DNA from: a virus
Taxonomy: Duplodnaviria > Caudoviricetes
IMG/VR virus record: IMGVR_UViG_3300037657_000018
Location: 1-45,414 of that record
Length of the DNA stretch: 45,414 nt
Direction: 5' to 3' (one strand)
Shown here: positions 29,076 to 37,163 of the stretch, one piece after another
How positions within the stretch are numbered: position 1 is the first letter of the stretch
How the letters are laid out: each line of letters opens with the position of its first letter
Made by a program: the position numbers and the translations under genes
The notes under the pieces: generated by a model
Databases searched by the model: none
What the model saw: only the letters and a program-made list of their open reading frames with translations
What the model was told of the DNA's origin: nothing

Positions 29076-30174
29076 GCTGGCACTATTCGCGGGCGCTGGT
29101 GGGGGCATCCTCGGCGGGCACATTCTCGGGTGGCGCACCGTCTGCGCCGTCGAGTGGGACCCCTACGCCATCGCTGTACTGTGCGCCCGACAGAATGACG
29201 GCGTTCTCCCGCCTTTCCCGATCTGGGATGACGTGCGCACCTTTGACGGACGTCCATGGCGAGGCCGCGTTGATGTGGTGTCTGGCGGTTTCCCATGTAC
29301 CGACATCAGCGCGGCAGGTAAGGGCGCTGGCATCGGCGGCGAGGCCAGCGGTCTCTGGTCTGAGATGGCGAGAGTTGTCGATGAAGTACGACCTCGGTTT
29401 GTCTTCGTGGAGAACTCACCGCTCCTTGCTAGACGTGGCCTTGCCCTGGTCCTCCGTGATCTTGCCTCCATGGGGTACAATGCTCGGTGGTGTGTGCTGG
29501 GAGCCGACGACGCGGGTGCTCCTCACAGGAGAAAGCGCATCTGGGTCATGGCCTGGTCGCATGGACATCCCGTCAGATTCGCCTCCGACTGTGACCCGTG
29601 CGAGTGCTGCGACGAGCCGTGGTGCCCTTCGTGCGGAGATCACTTTGCCGATTGCGAGTGCCCCGGCCCAACCCAAGACGACGAATACGACTACGACGCC
29701 ACCGGACAGTGGGCCTCCCCAAGGGCTCTGGCCGACGCCAACGGGTCAGGACAACCCGCAGATCAGGGGCGAGGGGAAAGCAGCGGCGCACCCGAAGCGT
29801 GGAACGACTCTGGGCGGTGCTGTGCGGATGTGGCCGACACCGAAGGCCAGCGCGGCTGGACCGGACTTCGCCAAGATGGACCGCAGCGCGACGGGGATCA
29901 GCCTGCAGACGGCGGTGGCGATGTTCCCGACGCCCAAGAGCCGGGACTGGAAGGGCCAGTCGCAGCGGGGGATTCATGCGCAGGGGGATGCGCTGCCGAA
30001 CCTGGACAGGGGCGACGGGACTGTGATTGGTGGCTCACTGAACCCGAACTGGGTCGAGTGGCTAATGGGGTGGCCCATCGGGTGGACAGACTTAAGTGCA
30101 TCGGCAACGGACAGGTACCGCGAGTGGCTGCGCTCGCATGGGAAATCTTGACCGGCAACGGAGGCGGGGGGTGA
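29068..30174 (+). CDS. DNA (cytosine-5) methyltransferase, alpha chain
   Basis: LFAGAGG (I), GGFPC (IV), VENS (VI), HRRKR (VIII), RLKCIGNG (X). Confidence 0.92.
   Translation: MNELALFAGAGGGILGGHILGWRTVCAVEWDPYAIAVLCARQNDGVLPPFPIWDDVRTFDGRPWRGRVDVVSGGFPCTDISAAGKGAGIGGEASGLWSEMARVVDEVRPRFVFVENSPLLARRGLALVLRDLASMGYNARWCVLGADDAGAPHRRKRIWVMAWSHGHPVRFASDCDPCECCDEPWCPSCGDHFADCECPGPTQDDEYDYDATGQWASPRALADANGSGQPADQGRGESSGAPEAWNDSGRCCADVADTEGQRGWTGLRQDGPQRDGDQPADGGGDVPDAQEPGLEGPVAAGDSCAGGCAAEPGQGRRDCDWWLTEPELGRVANGVAHRVDRLKCIGNGQVPRVAALAWEILTGNGGGG
29072..30151 (+). CDS. Overlapping +1-frame ORF: methyltransferase beta chain (TRD-like repeats plus motif IX); start uncertain
   Basis: Open for 359 codons inside the MTase gene; W/F-PTP repeated three times, RDWKG, LNPNWVEWLMGWPIGWT. 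Confidence 0.7.
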   Translation: MSWHYSRALVGASSAGTFSGGAPSAPSSGTPTPSLYCAPDRMTAFSRLSRSGMTCAPLTDVHGEAALMWCLAVSHVPTSARQVRALASAARPAVSGLRWRELSMKYDLGLSSWRTHRSLLDVALPWSSVILPPWGTMLGGVCWEPTTRVLLTGESASGSWPGRMDIPSDSPPTVTRASAATSRGALRAEITLPIASAPAQPKTTNTTTTPPDSGPPQGLWPTPTGQDNPQIRGEGKAAAHPKRGTTLGGAVRMWPTPKASAAGPDFAKMDRSATGISLQTAVAMFPTPKSRDWKGQSQRGIHAQGDALPNLDRGDGTVIGGSLNPNWVEWLMGWPIGWTDLSASATDRYREWLRSHGKS

Positions 30175-30449
30175 TGTTCTATAAGCTGTGGAGAACAGGA
30201 CGGTACTGGTACTTCCGTAAGTTCCAGTTTCGTCCAGACAGGATGTACGGGAGCTGGGGGGCCTGCAGCGACCATCTCTCGGTAGGCGACTTGCGGGAGG
30301 TCTGGCGTCGGGATGTCGAGTTGTGCATCCCCAAGGAGTACAGGGACCGCGTGCAGTACGTCTACAGCGAGCCGATTTGCAATGACCCGCTTTGCCAATA
30401 CGGGATTTGCGGGTGGAAATACGTTCCAGAAGCAAGGAGAAAGCCATGA
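30174..30449 (+). CDS. 91-aa protein with a capsid-like DPLx6GWK motif
   Basis: TGATG coupling; NDPLCQYGICGWK versus capsid ADPLHRKATAGWK. Confidence 0.65.
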   Translation: MFYKLWRTGRYWYFRKFQFRPDRMYGSWGACSDHLSVGDLREVWRRDVELCIPKEYRDRVQYVYSEPICNDPLCQYGICGWKYVPEARRKP

Positions 30450-30796
30450 AGCGACTGACCCGACTGCTCATCATCGCGGCGGTGCTGCTGCCGATGGTCG
30501 TGGGCGCACAGACGGGAACGATCACCACCACATACACCACCACGGCGCCGACCACGGGCAACCCGGTCGTCACCTACGAGTGGCAGATGAGCGCCAACAA
30601 CGGCTCCACCTGGGCTCCGGCTGGCACCAGTACCACGCTATCCAAGGCAATCCCGCTGACGGTGGGCAGCGTCTATATCGTGCGCGTGCGCGGCATCGAC
30701 GCCCTCGGGCAGGCCGGCGTGTGGTCGCCCGTGTCGGACCCGAACACGCCGAACGCTGGGCCTCCGGGTGCATGCGGAAAGCCGTCGTGGCTGTGA
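30446..30796 (+). CDS. Secreted single fibronectin type III domain protein
   Basis: Signal peptide MKRLTRLLIIAAVLLPMVVGA; TAPTTG...YEWQ...YIVRVRGID..G..GVWS..S. Confidence 0.85.
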   Translation: MKRLTRLLIIAAVLLPMVVGAQTGTITTTYTTTAPTTGNPVVTYEWQMSANNGSTWAPAGTSTTLSKAIPLTVGSVYIVRVRGIDALGQAGVWSPVSDPNTPNAGPPGACGKPSWL

Positions 30797-30930
30797 TGGA
30801 CGAGAAGCCGGACGAGCTTGATTCGTGGCTGGAGTGCCTGATCGGCCTGGTGTTCTGGATCGCGTGCGGGATCAGTATCTCCGCCGTTCTCGCGCTCCTC
30901 ATGTGGGCGGCTGTGTCGATCAAATTCTAG
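30796..30930 (+). CDS. 44-aa membrane protein
   Basis: TGATG coupling; long hydrophobic stretch. Confidence 0.55.
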   Translation: MDEKPDELDSWLECLIGLVFWIACGISISAVLALLMWAAVSIKF

Positions 30931-30941
30931 GGAGGTGGATT

Positions 30942-31052
30942 GTGGATATTCTGCTGACTCTCGGTTGGCTGCGCCGGTTCCTGGACGCGCTGGGCGACAC
31001 CAACGACATGTTCTGGATGTTCAACCAGAACCACCCCGGCGGCCGGATGTAG
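30942..31052 (+). CDS. 36-aa microprotein
   Basis: GGAGG RBS then GTG; MDILLTLGWLRRFLDALG... Confidence 0.45.
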   Translation: MDILLTLGWLRRFLDALGDTNDMFWMFNQNHPGGRM

Positions 31053-31098
31053 ACGCTGACGGAGCGACGACGGGCACGGAGGCCCACACACAAGGACG
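31043..31098 (+). promoter_or_regulatory. Cluster of CsrA/Rsm-type GGA sites in the csrA leader
   Basis: GGGC-ACGGAG-GCCC hexaloop, CGC-TGACGGA-GCG loop, and CAAGGACG over the SD. Confidence 0.65.
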
Positions 31099-31104
31099 GT
31101 GCGC

Positions 31105-31308
31105 GTGGAAAAGGGCAATCTCGTAATCAGCCGGAAGCTCGGATCGAAGCTGCTCATCGGGGACGACATCGAGATCACGTTTATTTGTCTGCAATCTGAA
31201 TTTGGTTGTAGACTCCCCGAGGGCGTTTCTGTTAAGGTCGCAATTAAGGCACCGAAGAACGTTCAGGTGCTCCGCGATGACGCCAACGAAAAAGGAAAGA
31301 GCAAATGA
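31105..31308 (+). CDS. csrA: Carbon storage regulator CsrA/RsmA homologue
   Basis: [20 protein letters not shown]...[15 protein letters not shown]; GTG 31105 fits SD spacing. Confidence 0.88.
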   Translation: MEKGNLVISRKLGSKLLIGDDIEITFICLQSEFGCRLPEGVSVKVAIKAPKNVQVLRDDANEKGKSK

Positions 31309-32357
31309 GTGCTATTTGCAAGCCGGGCGACCCCGGCTACATCAAGCCCGGTTCGATTCAGGCATGCTCGCACATCGGGTGCAGCGAGGTCGGGTCGATT
31401 CTCGGCATGGGCTTTGAGACCCCAGACGAGGTGTACCGGCGCAAGACGTTCCGCGCCGCGCGCGACGGCGAGAAGCGCATCTTTGAGCGCGGCCACGACA
31501 TGGAGCCGGTGATGGTCAAGCGCCTGCAGCAGGACTACAACCGTCGTGTTGTCGCCGAGCAGGTCCAGTACACCGACCCGGCGAATCCGTGGTTCATCTA
31601 CCACGCCGATGGCATGTTTCCCATGTGGAGCCCGCTGCAGGACGGCGACAAGACCCTCGAAGGCCCCGGCATCTGGGAGGGCAAGGCCCCAGGGAGCCGC
31701 GTGGCGGCCGACATGAGGGCCAACGGCATGAGCCAGCACTACGTCTGTCAGGGCCAGAGCGGCATGTACGTCGCCAGCCAGGCGCTCGGGAGGCCCATCA
31801 ACTGGGGCACCTTCGGGTTCCTTGACTACGACGAGTACTCGCTGGTGGCCTTCGACGTGCCGTACCGGCAGGAGTTCATGGACGGGGCGCTGCCGATCCT
31901 CAAGGCGTTCTACCGGTGCCTCGCCAACGACTGCCCGCCGGACCCGTGCGAGCCGGGAGAGCTGATCGCCGAACTGCCTACGGTCAAGGGCGACACCGTG
32001 ACCATCTCGTCCGGCGACCTGTGGACCAGCTTCTGCGTCCTGAAGGAGCTGCGCGACGCCCGCGAGGCGGCCGAGGCGGCCTACGACAGCAAGAAGGCCG
32101 AGCTGATGGTAGCCTGCGGCGACATGACCTCGGTCGTGCTGTCCAGCGTCGGCCGCATCTCGTACTCGTGGCACAAGGGCAGGGAGACCATCGACGGCAG
32201 AGGCCTGCTGACCTACTGCCAGCACCTGGTCGAGGCGTACAACGACCTCGTGGCCGGAAACGCGACCAGCCTGACCCCCAAGACGTTCCGGCGCGAGGAC
32301 TGGGTCAAGACCGGCCAGCCGTCGCGCACGTTCACCCCGACCTTCGGAGGCAAGTAG
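31305..32357 (+). CDS. YqaJ/lambda-type exonuclease
   Basis: [22 protein letters not shown]...WEGK, Y..Q.Q. Confidence 0.85.
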   Translation: MSAICKPGDPGYIKPGSIQACSHIGCSEVGSILGMGFETPDEVYRRKTFRAARDGEKRIFERGHDMEPVMVKRLQQDYNRRVVAEQVQYTDPANPWFIYHADGMFPMWSPLQDGDKTLEGPGIWEGKAPGSRVAADMRANGMSQHYVCQGQSGMYVASQALGRPINWGTFGFLDYDEYSLVAFDVPYRQEFMDGALPILKAFYRCLANDCPPDPCEPGELIAELPTVKGDTVTISSGDLWTSFCVLKELRDAREAAEAAYDSKKAELMVACGDMTSVVLSSVGRISYSWHKGRETIDGRGLLTYCQHLVEAYNDLVAGNATSLTPKTFRREDWVKTGQPSRTFTPTFGGK

Positions 32358-33208
32358 TGAGCAACGAAACCACAGACCTCGCGGTTTCTGCCGAGGCCGG
32401 GGGGAACCTTGCGGTGACGGCACTGGCCGAGAAACTGGCCGGTGACTTCCTCGTCCCGGCACAGTCGATCATCAACGTGCTGCGGACGCAGATCATCGCC
32501 GTCCCGGCGAACCAGCCCCCGGTCACTGGAGGCGAGCTGTTCTGCGTCATGTCGGTGATGAGGCAGTACGGGTTCAACCCGATGCTCAAGCAGCTCCACG
32601 CATGGCGCGACGGCAAGGGCAAGCTGGCGATCATGGTCGGGTACGACGGGTGGGTCCAGTACGCCCGCCAGCAGCCGACCTACAAGGGCGTGTCCTACGA
32701 GTTCGGCCCCATCGTGAACACGCCGGACGGCAAGGGCAAGAAGGCGTGGGAGTGGGTGGCGCTGACCATTCACGACACGCGGGGGGACTTCAAGCAGTGC
32801 CCCGTGTTCCTTGACGAGTGGTATGTCCCGCAGCGCGGGCAGTACCCGGAGCCGTGGCAGAAGCAGACGAAGCACCGCATCCACCTCAAGGCGTTCACGT
32901 CCGGCATCCGCGAGTTCTACGGGCTCGGCGGCGTGTATGACGACATCGACGCCGAGGTGATGGGGAGCCAGCAGTTGTCCTCGCCTGGGTCGGCTACCGA
33001 CGACACGGCGATGGAGATTGCGGCGTCCCTGAAGGCCAAAAGCCCCGATGAGGTGCTTGGCTGCGGGTCGTGTGCCGAGTCCGGCATGCGCTCCGAGATG
33101 TCCAGTTGCCTGCGCTGCGGCATGTACGTCTGCGACAACTGCTTCAACGAGAGCAGCGGCATGTGCGAGATCTGCACGGACAAGTCGCTGTCCGATGGGA
33201 AGGCGTAG
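32357..33208 (+). CDS. RecT/Bet-like ssDNA annealing protein with a C-terminal zinc finger
   Basis: GTG 32357; YGFNPMLKQLH, MVGYDGW, PWQKQTKHRIHLKA; C-terminal CxxC x4. Confidence 0.85.
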   Translation: MSNETTDLAVSAEAGGNLAVTALAEKLAGDFLVPAQSIINVLRTQIIAVPANQPPVTGGELFCVMSVMRQYGFNPMLKQLHAWRDGKGKLAIMVGYDGWVQYARQQPTYKGVSYEFGPIVNTPDGKGKKAWEWVALTIHDTRGDFKQCPVFLDEWYVPQRGQYPEPWQKQTKHRIHLKAFTSGIREFYGLGGVYDDIDAEVMGSQQLSSPGSATDDTAMEIAASLKAKSPDEVLGCGSCAESGMRSEMSSCLRCGMYVCDNCFNESSGMCEICTDKSLSDGKA

Positions 33209-33578
33209 CCTAACCACGCCGCGATCGTTTGTCAGGTCCGCCCTGCGGCGGATCTGGCTACGGTCGCGGGAGCGGGCGGCGGCCCTCAAGAGGGAGGGTT
33301 ACTGCTGCGAGAGGTGCCACGCCAAGCAGTCAAGGGCGAAGGGCCGGGAGATCTACGTCGAGGTTCACCACAAGAACAAGATCGTGAACTGGGAGGCGAT
33401 GATCGACTCCGTGTTTGCCTGGCTGCTGCCAGACCCGTCCGAGCTAGAGGTCCTTTGCGAGACGTGTCATGACGAGGAACACAAGAAGCAGGAGCTGACT
33501 AGAGATGCCGAAGGAGACCTGGCTCAAACTGAAGACAAAGCTGCCGTGGTCAAAGAAGTTCAGGCAGCTTCCCGATAA
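33195..33578 (+). CDS. HNH endonuclease
   Basis: CERC...EVHH...LCETCH. Confidence 0.8.
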   Translation: MGRRSLTTPRSFVRSALRRIWLRSRERAAALKREGYCCERCHAKQSRAKGREIYVEVHHKNKIVNWEAMIDSVFAWLLPDPSELEVLCETCHDEEHKKQELTRDAEGDLAQTEDKAAVVKEVQAASR

Positions 33579-34224
33579 CGACCACCGCTTGGCCTATGTG
33601 ATGCACCTGATTCTGGAGAAGCTGGAGCTGTACGACGAGGACGAGGAGCTGTTCGCCACCACTACGTTCCTGCCAGTGAGCCGCTACAGGGAGGTCCGGG
33701 CGCTCCTGATCGAGCGCGAGCTGATGGACCCCAACGGCAGGATCGTGGGCTTTGAGGACAGCCAGACCACGCCCGAGGCGATGCGCCAGAAGCAGTGGCG
33801 AGAGAAGCACGCCGTTACAAGTAACGTTACGAGTGATGTTACAAGTAACGTAACAAGTCACCGGGATAGCAGAAAGCAGAAAGCAGAAACAAATCCTACC
33901 CGTGCGGGTAGGCCAGCCTTCGACGGAAACGTCAACGAGGCCGCCCAGCAGGTCGTCGATGCGGTGAACGTCAAGTTCAACACGAAGCGGTCGGCCACGC
34001 CGACGTTGAAGAAAGTTGTTGCATCGCTGTTTAAGGCGGGGTATAGCAGTGCAGACATCATGCTCGTGGTCTGCCACCGCCTGAACAGCGAGACGTGGTT
34101 CGACCCGCAGAAGTGGGGCCCGGAGTCGCTCATCAGGACAACGACGTTCCCGTCCAGTCTTGAGCGCGCGCTGGACACAGGCGGCGCAACGAAGGCCGAC
34201 AGTTCACCGTACCTGCAGTACTAG
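33505..34224 (+). CDS. Phage replication initiator
   Basis: WLKL N-terminus, RQKQWR, (VTSx)4 linker, GYS..DI...PESLIR C-terminal domain; directly upstream of the helicase. Confidence 0.8.
   Translation: MPKETWLKLKTKLPWSKKFRQLPDNDHRLAYVMHLILEKLELYDEDEELFATTTFLPVSRYREVRALLIERELMDPNGRIVGFEDSQTTPEAMRQKQWREKHAVTSNVTSDVTSNVTSHRDSRKQKAETNPTRAGRPAFDGNVNEAAQQVVDAVNVKFNTKRSATPTLKKVVASLFKAGYSSADIMLVVCHRLNSETWFDPQKWGPESLIRTTTFPSSLERALDTGGATKADSSPYLQY
33814..33890. repeat. Four 12-bp iterons plus AGCAGAA x3 A-rich tract: probable replication origin
   Basis: GTTACAAGTAAC GTTACGAGTGAT GTTACAAGTAAC GTAACAAGTCAC inside the initiator gene, as in lambda O. Confidence 0.75.
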
Positions 34225-34232
34225 GGGGGCGC

Positions 34233-35102
34233 ATGGAGAACGTTCACGGGCTGTTCGATGAGGTGGTCGAGAAGATCGGCCTACCAGAGGACAAGCGCAT
34301 CGGTGTCCGCACCGGGTTCTCGATGCTTGACAAGAAGATGCGCGGCCTCCTGCAGGACAAGCTGTATGTGTTCGCCGCCCGCCCAGGCTGCGGCAAAACC
34401 TCGTTCGCAACCTCGATCATGGCCAACATGGCGCTGTACAGCAGCAACGTGTCGTGCATCATGTTCTCCACTGAGGCCAGCGAGGTCGAAGTCCTCATGC
34501 AGATGACCGAGGCGTACTCCGGCGGGACGCCATTCTACCCCAACGACCGCACGTCAACGGCATCCGAGATTGAGCGCCTGCAGACGGCTGCCGCTGACCT
34601 GCGCATCCACAGCTCGCTGGGCTTCCTGCGGATTCTCTACCGCAAGAAGCTGACGATGGACTTCATCAAGAAGGAGGTGGAGATGTATTGCGAGGAGCAG
34701 GGGGCCGCTGCTGTTGTGGTGATCGATCAGGTGAACCGCATCCGTAGAACGGATAAGGACCGCCACGGATACGCGATCGCCACGGAGCAGTTGGTCAACG
34801 ACCTTGAGGAGCTGGGCACGGAGGTCCAGTGTCCGCTGCTGTGCTTCTCGCAGATGAACAGATCGGCAGATGGAGTGCGCCCGACACTGGCAGGCATCAA
34901 GCACAGCGGCGCGTTCGAGGAGTTCGCTCCCGTCGTGTTGCTGGCCGAGCTGTGCGAGGGCCACGGGCAGAGAGACATCAGCACGGGCCTGATTCGGACT
35001 GACGCGACGATTCATGTGGCAAAGAATCGTCACGGACCAGTGGGCCCGGTGCCATTCAAGTTCTTCGGTGAAAGCCACACATGGAGAGAGGCAGCACTAT
35101 GA
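34233..35102 (+). CDS. dnaB: DnaB-like replicative helicase (motor domain only)
   Basis: TGF..LD, ARPGCGKT, VVID, SQMNR, KHSGAFE, AKNRHGP. Confidence 0.9.
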   Translation: MENVHGLFDEVVEKIGLPEDKRIGVRTGFSMLDKKMRGLLQDKLYVFAARPGCGKTSFATSIMANMALYSSNVSCIMFSTEASEVEVLMQMTEAYSGGTPFYPNDRTSTASEIERLQTAAADLRIHSSLGFLRILYRKKLTMDFIKKEVEMYCEEQGAAAVVVIDQVNRIRRTDKDRHGYAIATEQLVNDLEELGTEVQCPLLCFSQMNRSADGVRPTLAGIKHSGAFEEFAPVVLLAELCEGHGQRDISTGLIRTDATIHVAKNRHGPVGPVPFKFFGESHTWREAAL

Positions 35103-35275
35103 CAGCAGTTCTCATCGCCTTGGTCGTAAGCGCCTTCGCGTTCCTGCTTGGTGGCATCTACGACAGGGTGACTGACATGGCGCGGCTGCTGCGCCAGATC
35201 GACGACCGCGAGGCCAGCAGGGACTGGGCAGAGGCCCACGCAAGGGAGGCCGGATTTGACCCCTATGAGAGGTAG
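35099..35275 (+). CDS. Small single-TM protein
   Basis: ATGA overlap; N-terminal hydrophobic helix. Confidence 0.6.
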   Translation: MTAVLIALVVSAFAFLLGGIYDRVTDMARLLRQIDDREASRDWAEAHAREAGFDPYER

Positions 35276-35579
35276 CGGAGACGACGCCGACCGCATGGCG
35301 CCGAACCCCAACAGGATCACGCAGCCGTTCAGCAAGATCGGCGTCGATAGCGAGCCCGATCTCGTGGTTGTGGCCAAGGAGCGGTACTACTGGAGCAAGG
35401 TGCGCCAGTCGATCAAGGCTGGCATGCTGGTGCAGGCCGCTGGATTTATCACGGAGTCCGATCGGACGCCGCCGCGCATTGGCATCCTGCTCACCAAGCG
35501 GGCTGCTGACACATTCACCGCAGGCTGCGTCGCCCTCCGCGACCCGGCACCACTGGACAAGGAGACCGGCAATGGCTGA
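35265..35579 (+). CDS. Hypothetical protein
   Basis: Fills the operon gap; start uncertain. Confidence 0.55.
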   Translation: MRGSGDDADRMAPNPNRITQPFSKIGVDSEPDLVVVAKERYYWSKVRQSIKAGMLVQAAGFITESDRTPPRIGILLTKRAADTFTAGCVALRDPAPLDKETGNG

Positions 35580-35958
35580 CGAGACACTGGAAACCACCGA
35601 GACCACGACCCCCGAGCCCGCGACTGAGAACCCGCAGGAGCGCATCGCGGCGCTGGAGCAGATGGTCGATGAGCTTCGCCTGTCCCTGCAGGAGGCGAAC
35701 TTCATGAACGAGCAGATGCAGGACCAGGTGCGGTTGCAGTGCGCCGCAGGTATCCTGGCTTCGCAGTCCGGCCTGCGGACCAACCTCGACGCCTGCATCG
35801 CTGTCTCGGTCGAGGCTGCGGACAGGCTGACCGACATCTTCGTCCAGCGCATCAACGAGGCCGGGGCGCGCTACGTCAAGGCCATCATCGAACGCAGGCA
35901 GGGGATGAACCCCACCCCCGAGCCCGTCGTCGAAGCCGAGGAGAAGCCCAGTGTCTGA
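35572..35958 (+). CDS. Hypothetical coiled-coil protein
   Basis: AAGGAG RBS; MADETLETTE... Confidence 0.7.
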   Translation: MADETLETTETTTPEPATENPQERIAALEQMVDELRLSLQEANFMNEQMQDQVRLQCAAGILASQSGLRTNLDACIAVSVEAADRLTDIFVQRINEAGARYVKAIIERRQGMNPTPEPVVEAEEKPSV

Positions 35959-36316
35959 CGAGATCACTCTCGTCCAGAGGTACGAGCCGGGGCCGTGGGG
36001 CGCGCGAACGTCCAACGGCACCGGCGAGACCATGGTGTATAGCGCGCGCGGGCTTCCTGTGTGCTCCTTGCCCCCGGAGGAACTCATTAGAAGCGCCAGG
36101 TACAACAAGCGGCTTGTTGCCTGCTCCCCTGAAATGATCGAGGCGCTGATGTCTATGCACCACCTGTGTAACTTCCTGTGCAAGACGATCGTTGAGGAGC
36201 TTAACGGCGACAGCGCCGCCTCCCTCCAGATCCTGTCTACGCAGGGCGTTATCCTGCGCCTGCTGCTGCGTGCTGGCGTAGCCATCGAACAGAAAGGCGA
36301 AGACGATGCCGGTTAA
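35951..36316 (+). CDS. Hypothetical phage protein (PGPW...N.RL.A..PE..EAL family)
   Basis: EPGPW...NKRLVACSPEMIEAL. Confidence 0.7.
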   Translation: MSDEITLVQRYEPGPWGARTSNGTGETMVYSARGLPVCSLPPEELIRSARYNKRLVACSPEMIEALMSMHHLCNFLCKTIVEELNGDSAASLQILSTQGVILRLLLRAGVAIEQKGEDDAG

Positions 36317-37163
36317 TCTCAGGCACGCGATGGAGGCGTTGAACGAGAACGTCCTGTACAAGGAGCTGCTGACGCGGTCGGCGAAGATCGGCAACATCGA
36401 CCACGCCACCGAGATCGACCTCGTGGCCCGCACGAGGGCAGGAGACAGGGACGCCGAGGACTACCTCATCGCGGCCCATGCCCGCTTCGTGATGAGCCGC
36501 GCCGTGCGCTACTACACGGCCGAGGTGGAGCTGGAGGACATGTTCAACGTCGGCCTGCTCGGGCTGAAGAAGGGCATCGACAGGTACCGTCTTGACAGCA
36601 AGAACAGGCTCCTGTCGTATGCCGTGTCATGGATCGACCAGCAGATCAGGAGCCTCAACTGCGAGACGGCGCGAACCATCCGCATCCCCACCAACCTGGC
36701 AACGCCAGCGAGGAAGATGCGGGCCGTCATCCGCGCAGGCGAAGACCTCGACCTTGAGAAGCACAAGATCAAGACGGCGTCGATGGCCGTCATGCGCGAC
36801 CTGGCCTATGTGCTGATGGAGCCGACGTCGCTTGAGCTTGAGATCGACGAGCCCGAAGAAGGCGAGAGCAGGACGCTTTCAGACAAGGTCGTCATCGAGC
36901 CCGAGGACGTGCTGCAGATGGCAGAGTTTGAGGCCCTGCGCGACATGATGACGAAGACGCTGACCGATCGAGAGCTGTTCGTGTTTGACATGAGGTTCTT
37001 CCACGACTGGACGCTTGAAGAGATTGCCAAGCCGCTTGGCCTGTCTCGCGAGCGCGTGCGGCAGATCATCGCGTCGGCCACGGACAGGATTCAGGACAAC
37101 TACCGGCGCGGCGAGATCAGGGCTGCGAGGACTCGCCGACTTGCGTGTGCGGAGGTGAGATGA
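36306..37163 (+). CDS. Sigma-70 family RNA polymerase sigma factor (RpoD/RpoS-like)
   Basis: Region 2 (ARFV.S.A.RY, EDM...G.LGL, SYAVSWI.Q.I), RTIRIP, region 4 TLEEIA..LGLSRERVRQI. Confidence 0.92.
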   Translation: MPVNLRHAMEALNENVLYKELLTRSAKIGNIDHATEIDLVARTRAGDRDAEDYLIAAHARFVMSRAVRYYTAEVELEDMFNVGLLGLKKGIDRYRLDSKNRLLSYAVSWIDQQIRSLNCETARTIRIPTNLATPARKMRAVIRAGEDLDLEKHKIKTASMAVMRDLAYVLMEPTSLELEIDEPEEGESRTLSDKVVIEPEDVLQMAEFEALRDMMTKTLTDRELFVFDMRFFHDWTLEEIAKPLGLSRERVRQIIASATDRIQDNYRRGEIRAARTRRLACAEVR

